Virus record (IMG/VR): IMGVR_UViG_3300020041_000041
Coordinates: 1 to 5,072 of that record
Strand: one strand, 5' to 3'
Length of the DNA: 5,072 bases
Origin: a virus
Positions 1-4,145 of this stretch are shown piece by piece (position 1 is the stretch's first letter; the number at the start of each line of letters is the position of its first letter). The position numbers and the translations under genes are program-made. The notes under the pieces are model-generated. The model was not told the origin of the DNA. It worked only from the letters and a program-made list of their open reading frames with translations, and did no database searches.

Positions 1-93
1 AGGACTCGAAGGTGAACCAAACACAATACGATGGCCAGAAGGTGCCGATGGATCCGGCACCTTCCAACAATCAATAGGATGATAACAAGCCAT
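1..93 (-). CDS. Truncated duplicate of the VP4 N-terminus (first 31 codons); a redundancy artefact, not a separate gene
   Basis: ATG at 93..91 is the same codon as ATG 5044..5042, because 93 + 4951 = 5044. The sequence is identical to 4952..5044. Confidence 0.9.
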   Translation of the reverse strand, partial: MACYHPIDCWKVPDPSAPSGHRIVFGSPSSP

Positions 94-121
94 TAAATTC
101 TAAATCCGCCGCGCATAGGGC
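1..121. repeat. Left copy of the exact 121-nt terminal direct repeat (circular-contig overlap)
   Basis: Bases 1..121 (AGGACTCGAAGGTGAACC...GCGCATAGGGC) match 4952..5072 base for base. The repeat carries the first 31 codons of VP4 and the last codons of the VP8-like gene. Confidence 0.97.
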
Positions 122-209
122 GAGCACGAAGGTTCCTTTTCTTAATATTGACAGCACCTCGAGTAAAAATCTTACGAGACTTCCGTTTACTAAGTTTACG
201 ACGTTTCAC
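93..209 (-). CDS. VP8: Small highly basic DNA-binding/packaging protein (phiX174 J analogue, gokushovirus ORF8/VP8-like), 38 aa, GTG start
   Basis: Hand translation of the minus strand: GTG AAA CGT CGT AAA ... = (M)KRRKLSKRKSRKIFTRGAVNIKKRNLRARPMRGGFRI*. It has 17 of 38 residues Arg/Lys and no acidic residues. The C-terminal MRGGFRI resembles the MRGGxR(L/F) tail I recall for gokushovirus ORF8 proteins. A strong SD, AAAGGAG (224..218), sits 8 nt upstream of the GTG. The TAA stop (95..93) overlaps the VP4 ATG as TAATG. The ORF is absent from the supplied track because it is too short. Confidence 0.8.
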   Translation of the reverse strand: MKRRKLSKRKSRKIFTRGAVNIKKRNLRARPMRGGFRI

Positions 210-224
210 GTGAAACACTCCTTT

Positions 225-1127
225 CTACTTAAAAGCCGAAAGCGGCATCCATTTAAGCAACTCACCCAGAGACGTACCGAACCTATGCGCCGGACCAGTT
301 TTAATATCCTGTACGGATTCCTCCTGCTCATTCAAAAGCTTAATCTTAATAGATTCTTGTGCAATCCGCTTGGAATCCTCATCAAGATTGCCAGCTCGGG
401 CCATATTTTCAGCAGTTTCAGAAGAGATCTGGTCAATCTGATACGGCGTCAACTGGTCAATACGCCACGCTTCAGCATAGTTACGAGCCATAACAGCAGA
501 AGAAGCACCAGCGGCGGCCTCATTAGCTTCCGATCGGGTATTTAGCTCATTGACAGAAGCATCAGTGATACGGATAGAGTTCTCAATATCTTGCAAAATT
601 TTTTGAATGTTAGCATTAGCGACATCAACTTGAACCTTCCACAACTGTGTCTGTGCTTTAGCCTGTTCAGTCATAGCCCAAATATTCTGGCGTTGCAAAG
701 GAATAAGAGAGGTCAAACCTTTGGTATTAGCGGTCTGCGCCTGCTTCAGTGCAGTATCAGCGACAACATTTTGAGCCTCAGCCTTCGTCTTAACAATATT
801 GGCATCAATCGCAGCATTCTGCGCTTCAAGATTTTTCGCCTGTTGAGCAGCCATAAAACCACTATTGGCGGACGAACCTATATTTTCATAAGAACCGCCG
901 CTAGAAGCACCAAAAGTAGAATTGCCACTATTAGCGGAAAGAATCGGATTGAGACCAGCAGCGCGAAGATCTGCTACCTCGATCTGATGTTGTTTGTAAA
1001 GCTGATCATGAGCCAACTCATAATTAGCATTGAATTGTTTTTGCTGTTGCTTATTCGCTAAGACACCACCTAGCAAGCTAGTACCAGCACCAAGGATAGC
1101 ACCGCCAAATTTACTAAGAAAACCCAT
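225..1127 (-). CDS. VP2: Minor capsid / DNA pilot protein VP2 (phiX174 H analogue)
   Basis: 300-aa ORF immediately downstream of VP1. It has a Gly-rich hydrophobic N-terminus (MGFLSKFGGAILGAGTSLLGG), the motif DLRAAGLNPILSA, and a long Ala/Gln/Asn-rich helical-looking region, all typical of gokushovirus VP2. SD GAGGTGA (1140..1134) lies 6 nt upstream of ATG 1127. Stop is TAG at 227..225. Confidence 0.8.
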   Translation of the reverse strand: MGFLSKFGGAILGAGTSLLGGVLANKQQQKQFNANYELAHDQLYKQHQIEVADLRAAGLNPILSANSGNSTFGASSGGSYENIGSSANSGFMAAQQAKNLEAQNAAIDANIVKTKAEAQNVVADTALKQAQTANTKGLTSLIPLQRQNIWAMTEQAKAQTQLWKVQVDVANANIQKILQDIENSIRITDASVNELNTRSEANEAAAGASSAVMARNYAEAWRIDQLTPYQIDQISSETAENMARAGNLDEDSKRIAQESIKIKLLNEQEESVQDIKTGPAHRFGTSLGELLKWMPLSAFK

Positions 1128-1143
1128 AATAGATCACCTCACT

Positions 1144-2775
1144 TTAGAAGTGATCAACAAGTCCAGGCACGCCGTAGACAGGCATTGGGCGCGCACACTT
1201 CATTTCGACATAACTGTCAATGATAAATTGCGGCTCATTCTGAACAGCCAAAATGCGAGAAACTGGAGGGTCATCCTGAATAAACTGTGCAGAAAGTGTA
1301 GGGAGACTATCAAACTTTTGCGAAAGATGCCAAACGTCCAAACTCTGAGGATCCGTAGATCTTAATTTACCTGTAATCATAGACGGAAAATATCTGTATT
1401 CGGCGTACCGCTCCTGATACCCGAAAACGTCGTCATCTGCACTCGTACCCTGTGCATAGATTTCCTTATTCAAAATAGCCTGCTCGCCAAGATGAGCTAA
1501 TACAGGCCAATAGAAATCGAAGCGCGTGCGACGGCTGAACATACGCGGAATGCCCTGTTGATACGTGAGATCGGCGCGGACGTTCAAGAGGCCGATAACA
1601 AGGCCATGCTCAACAAAAGATTTCGTGAATCCATGCTTCGCGGAAGTACTGGAAGCAAGACCGTAAGCAGCAAGGTTACCCTGCGGCGTTTCTGCACCAG
1701 TGGAACCAGTAGCCGAATTCTGGACGACAGGATTGATAATAACCGGGCTTTCAGATCCACCAAGATATTCCGGACGCTGAAGGCGACTATCCGGGGAAAT
1801 AACGCCAAAATGAGAGCGGAGGATTTCCGTATAACGTGTACCACCTCGAGCATCGCGTTCATAAAGTTTTTGAAGCTGAAACGCCTGACGAAGAGAATTA
1901 ATAGTAGCGGCAGTAACCGAAGAAAGATCTGCATACATCGGGCCATTAGTAGCACCAGCACCCGAATATGGAGTATTCAAAAAAGTACGATCATCATAAT
2001 TGCCGGAACGGAAAAGAGCAAGATTAGAATTAGTAACCGTTGACTTAACCGTAGGCTGAAAATGAGTAGAATCAAAAGTACCACCATCAACCGTAACGGG
2101 AGCATTGCCGGAAAGTGGAAGCTCGACGCCAGGGCCTTTTTGCGGCCACGGAAGAGCACTGGTAAAATAATCATGACGCTTGCCACGCCTCAGAAGCCGA
2201 TGCGAACCGATAAAGCCAGCATCACCGAGACCGACATCATCCAAGCCGGAAGCCGTCGAAATCTCAGCATAAGAAGACAGGTTGAGCGGATTCTGGAGAT
2301 TTTCGTCTCGGAACCATTCATTCCAGATCAACGCATAAGCGCGGGCGGCGAGTTCGTTTGCTTTAATACCATTAACGCCAGTAGGGAGACCAAAATAATC
2401 TTCCAAGGAACCAACAGGAAAGCCACCTTCAGCAGGAGCCGAAGTCTGCGGCACCAAATAATCTGTAGACGCTCCCGGATAATCCTGCTGGCCGTTAAAC
2501 TGTTCCCAATGCTTCCAAAGTAATCTATAGGGGACGAAAAAATAAAACGTATCCAAAAACAAATTATCCATGGTCGGAACAATGGGGGTAGAAAGACGAG
2601 CCAAGAAATTAAATTTTACCTTATACGAATCGCCCGGCAAAACTTCATCGACCAAAAATGGGATAAGGTAGCCGCTATCAAATGTACTTTTCCATCCGTG
2701 ACTTCTATCAAAGACCGAACGCGAAATCTGCGCCTTCGGAATCTGTGAAAAAAGATGTTTCATTACACTTTTCAT
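1144..2775 (-). CDS. VP1: Major capsid protein VP1 (Microviridae F/VP1 family)
   Basis: 543-aa ORF. Hallmark blocks can be read in the translation: N-terminal ...ISRSVFDRSHGWKSTFDSGYLIPF..., and INSLRQAFQLQKLYERDARGGTRYTEILRSHFGV (aa 292-325, 1902..1801). AAAGG (2788..2784) lies 8 nt upstream of ATG 2775. An alternative in-frame ATG at 2763 has no SD. Confidence 0.93.
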   Translation of the reverse strand: MKSVMKHLFSQIPKAQISRSVFDRSHGWKSTFDSGYLIPFLVDEVLPGDSYKVKFNFLARLSTPIVPTMDNLFLDTFYFFVPYRLLWKHWEQFNGQQDYPGASTDYLVPQTSAPAEGGFPVGSLEDYFGLPTGVNGIKANELAARAYALIWNEWFRDENLQNPLNLSSYAEISTASGLDDVGLGDAGFIGSHRLLRRGKRHDYFTSALPWPQKGPGVELPLSGNAPVTVDGGTFDSTHFQPTVKSTVTNSNLALFRSGNYDDRTFLNTPYSGAGATNGPMYADLSSVTAATINSLRQAFQLQKLYERDARGGTRYTEILRSHFGVISPDSRLQRPEYLGGSESPVIINPVVQNSATGSTGAETPQGNLAAYGLASSTSAKHGFTKSFVEHGLVIGLLNVRADLTYQQGIPRMFSRRTRFDFYWPVLAHLGEQAILNKEIYAQGTSADDDVFGYQERYAEYRYFPSMITGKLRSTDPQSLDVWHLSQKFDSLPTLSAQFIQDDPPVSRILAVQNEPQFIIDSYVEMKCARPMPVYGVPGLVDHF

Positions 2776-2890
2776 AATATCAACCTTTCATATTACATGT
2801 AAATGACCGCCCTAACCTCTAGGAGGAACAGGCTGTATCATTCACATTTTGTGACTAAATGTAAAGAGTAAACCGTTTAGCGGTGTCACT

Positions 2891-2923
2891 CCGGCCTATT
2901 ACATCAAGTAGGTAATAGGCCGG
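2891..2923. other. Perfect 12-bp stem-loop in the VP3-VP1 intergenic region
   Basis: CCGGCCTATTAC (2891..2902) pairs perfectly with GTAATAGGCCGG (2912..2923), with a 9-nt loop ATCAAGTAG. It lies 25 nt downstream of the VP3 stop in the coding sense. No U-tract follows it on the coding strand. Confidence 0.75.
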
Positions 2924-2947
2924 CGTCGTTTTACCGCTCGTCAAATG

Positions 2948-3394
2948 TCAAGTACTTACTTTTTCACTTCCACTTTCAGAAGCTCCGGCAGGTACTTCAT
3001 GAGTACTGTTAGGACGTTTGTCAATAATTCCAAGAGTAACGGCTTCAGCATATTCTTCACTTCCTTCCTTGAGAGACTGAACAAATCGGAAATATGCGGC
3101 AGGATCATTTCCAAAACGTTCGCGAATTTTCGATGAGAGAGAGTTAAACGCATTATTTGCCGCAACTATGACATTCTGTGCAGTCTGATAATCAGGCATG
3201 TCAGAAAAGTCACCAAATTCAGGAGTGCGAGATACAGGCACAGTAGGATCAACAAGAACACCAGTATTTTCGTAGCGCGCTATAATACAATTAATGTCAG
3301 CGTCATCCCGAAATGACTGAAGCGTGGCAGAAGGATCCGTGAAAGTAATACCTGGCTTAGAGCCAGTAACACTATAGCGAGAAGCAAATTTCAT
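2948..3394 (-). CDS. VP3: Internal scaffolding protein VP3 (gokushovirus-type)
   Basis: 148-aa ORF. The block TLQSFRDDADINCIIARYENTGVL, then ...PEFGDFSDMPDYQTAQN..., then ...RERFGNDPAAYFRFV, matches the conserved pattern I recall for gokushovirus VP3. SD AAAGGA (3406..3401) lies 6 nt upstream of ATG 3394 and is embedded in the last codons of the upstream ORF. Stop is TGA at 2950..2948. Confidence 0.75.
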   Translation of the reverse strand: MKFASRYSVTGSKPGITFTDPSATLQSFRDDADINCIIARYENTGVLVDPTVPVSRTPEFGDFSDMPDYQTAQNVIVAANNAFNSLSSKIRERFGNDPAAYFRFVQSLKEGSEEYAEAVTLGIIDKRPNSTHEVPAGASESGSEKVST

Positions 3395-3397
3395 AAT

Positions 3398-3604
3398 TCA
3401 TCCTTTCCGCGAAAGATCTTCGCTACAAGTATCAAACAAAGAGATAGGTTTTAATTGCCTATCATTATCATAAACAAAATATGCACCACATGTCAAACAA
3501 ACAGAGTGAGAGTCGTCAAGGAAATACAAAACGCGTTGACAATACTCACAACGATGGAAACCATCAAATAAGAAACGATTAAAAATATCAAAGCCTTTAG
3601 ACAT
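3398..3604 (-). CDS. Orphan small four-cysteine zinc-ribbon protein (68 aa), function unknown
   Basis: ATG at 3604, with SD AGGTGA (3619..3614) 9 nt upstream. The translation contains CEYC (aa 19-22, 3550..3539) and CLTC (aa 36-39, 3499..3488), 13 residues apart. Its stop TGA (3400..3398) lies 3 nt from the VP3 ATG and its 3' end carries the VP3 SD, which suggests translational coupling. I recognise no similarity to canonical microvirus proteins. Confidence 0.65.
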   Translation of the reverse strand: MSKGFDIFNRFLFDGFHRCEYCQRVLYFLDDSHSVCLTCGAYFVYDNDRQLKPISLFDTCSEDLSRKG

Positions 3605-3647
3605 GACATGTAATCACCTAACCTTTCAAAGTAAAGCTACGCTTTAT

Positions 3648-3666
3648 CTGAGGCTGGCCGCCTCAG
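3648..3666. other. Stem-loop (7 bp, 5-nt loop) in the large non-coding region
   Basis: CTGAGGC (3648..3654) pairs with GCCTCAG (3660..3666), loop TGGCC. Confidence 0.6.
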
Positions 3667-3680
3667 GCTCTGCGCTGATA

Positions 3681-3759
3681 ATGGGGGGAACCTCGCGAAC
3701 GTCAAAAATAGTTAAAACACAAGCGCAAAAATCAGGTAAACCGCGCGATTCCCCCCCAT
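3681..3759. other. Long-range G6/C7 stem enclosing a 46-nt A-rich (T-rich on the coding strand) loop
   Basis: GGGGGGAA (3683..3690) pairs with TTCCCCCC (3749..3756). After a CC bulge (3691..3692), TCGCG (3693..3697) pairs with CGCGA (3744..3748). AT (3681..3682) can pair with AT (3758..3759) if C3757 is bulged. The enclosed loop is 3698..3743. Confidence 0.55.
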
Positions 3760-3760
3760 A

Positions 3761-3770
3761 CCCCTAGGGG
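3761..3770. repeat. Perfect 10-nt palindrome CCCCTAGGGG
   Basis: Self-complementary as read. It lies between the G6/C7 stem and the terminator U-tract. Confidence 0.6.
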
Positions 3771-3780
3771 CTGAAAAGGG

Positions 3781-3819
3781 AAAAAGAAAACCACCAGTAC
3801 CGGAGGAAGGCACTGGTGG
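3781..3819 (-). terminator. Rho-independent terminator downstream of the VP4/VP5 module
   Basis: In the minus-sense RNA, CCACCAGU (3819..3812) pairs with ACUGGUGG (3798..3791) as an 8-bp perfect stem. Two more G-C pairs (3800/3810, 3801/3809) can form past a 1x1 mismatch. The stem is followed immediately by UUUUCUUUUU (3790..3781). It lies 39 nt downstream of the VP5-like stop codon. Confidence 0.7.
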
Positions 3820-3821
3820 CC

Positions 3822-3845
3822 GTCCGGCGCACTCACAAACCGGAC
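3822..3845. other. Stem-loop (6 bp, 12-nt loop)
   Basis: GTCCGG (3822..3827) pairs with CCGGAC (3840..3845). Confidence 0.5.
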
Positions 3846-3857
3846 AAAAGGAGAAAC

Positions 3858-4145
3858 CTACTCGCCCGACTGGGCAACGGTCGGGCGCGGAATTTTGAAA
3901 ATGTCGAAAAGCTCATCAACGGAGCAAATCAGACGCGGCGGATAATCAGTTTTAAGCGTCATGTGCTCATCATCAAGGGCACAAAGTTCATAAATATCAA
4001 AATCTTCAGGATACAACGCGAACATTGCATCAGAACGGAGAAAAACAGTAGCGAACCAGCGCTCAAACTCTTCGATGCCAGAAGCTTCCTTGACAAGGGC
4101 ACAAGAGCCAGTCTTACGGTCAAAGATAGAATAAATAATTTTCAT
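3858..4145 (-). CDS. VP5: Small acidic non-structural protein, VP5-like (proposed phiX174 gpC analogue for ssDNA synthesis/packaging)
   Basis: 95-aa ORF. Its ATG overlaps the VP4 stop (ATGA, 4145..4142), and a strong SD, AAGGAGA (4158..4152), sits 6 nt upstream. The pattern MKIIYSIFDRKTG...YPEDFDIYELCALDDE resembles the MK.F.V.D.K...PEDF.L.E.G.FDD pattern I recall for gokushovirus ORF5/VP5. That protein also sits directly after VP4. There are 18 Asp/Glu against 10 Lys/Arg. The functional call rests on memory only. Confidence 0.6.
   Translation of the reverse strand: MKIIYSIFDRKTGSCALVKEASGIEEFERWFATVFLRSDAMFALYPEDFDIYELCALDDEHMTLKTDYPPRLICSVDELFDIFKIPRPTVAQSGE
3863..3887. other. GC-rich stem-loop (8 bp) overlapping the last codons of the VP5-like ORF
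   Basis: CGCCCGAC (3863..3870) pairs with GTCGGGCG (3880..3887), with a 9-nt loop. A further G-U (T3871:G3879 as written on the plus strand) and a G-C pair (G3872:C3878) are possible. The stem ends 3 nt before the TAG stop (3860..3858) in the coding sense. Confidence 0.6.

Noticed and set aside
207-227. VP2 and the VP8-like ORF are in the same frame, separated by a single TAG and five sense codons (TAG AAA GGA GTG TTT CAC GTG), suggesting stop-codon readthrough or TAG recoding
   Set aside because: Same-frame placement has a 1-in-3 chance. The spacer is a textbook SD plus spacer for independent initiation. TAG also terminates the VP5-like ORF just ahead of hairpins and the terminator, so nothing suggests recoding.
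2790-2795. TAATAT, a good -10-like hexamer on the coding strand just upstream of VP1
   Set aside because: It lies only 1 nt before the VP1 SD (AAAGG), so a transcript starting about 7 nt downstream would lack the ribosome-binding site. No acceptable -35 (best is GGTTAG/GTTAGG) sits at 16-18 nt.
2821-2826. Perfect AGGAGG on the plus strand in the VP3-VP1 spacer
   Set aside because: The only downstream start-like codon (CTG, 6 nt away) opens a 12-codon frame ending in TAA. On the coding strand the element is just CCTCCT.
3691-3718. Possible XerC/XerD dif-like site (GTTAAA core in ACCTCGCGAACGTCAAAAATAGTTAAAA), as used by some integrating gokushoviruses; also ACATGTAAATG at 2795..2805
   Set aside because: Against the E. 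coli dif consensus as I recall it, the arms match at only about 4/11 and 6/11 positions. The 2795..2805 candidate lacks any XerC arm, and that arm position would cover the VP1 ribosome-binding site (2784..2788). The window contains no flanking host DNA or duplicated dif.
3712-3759. 15-aa mini-ORF (MGGNRAVYLIFALVF) on the coding strand inside the long stem-loop
   Set aside because: Its ATG is buried in the C7/G6 stem, the only purine-rich stretch (AGGGG) is 1 nt from the ATG, and the length is compatible with chance.
3749-3770. G-runs on the coding strand (GGGG TAT GGGGGGG) as a potential G-quadruplex
   Set aside because: Only three usable G3+ tracts can be extracted, and no fourth tract lies nearby.
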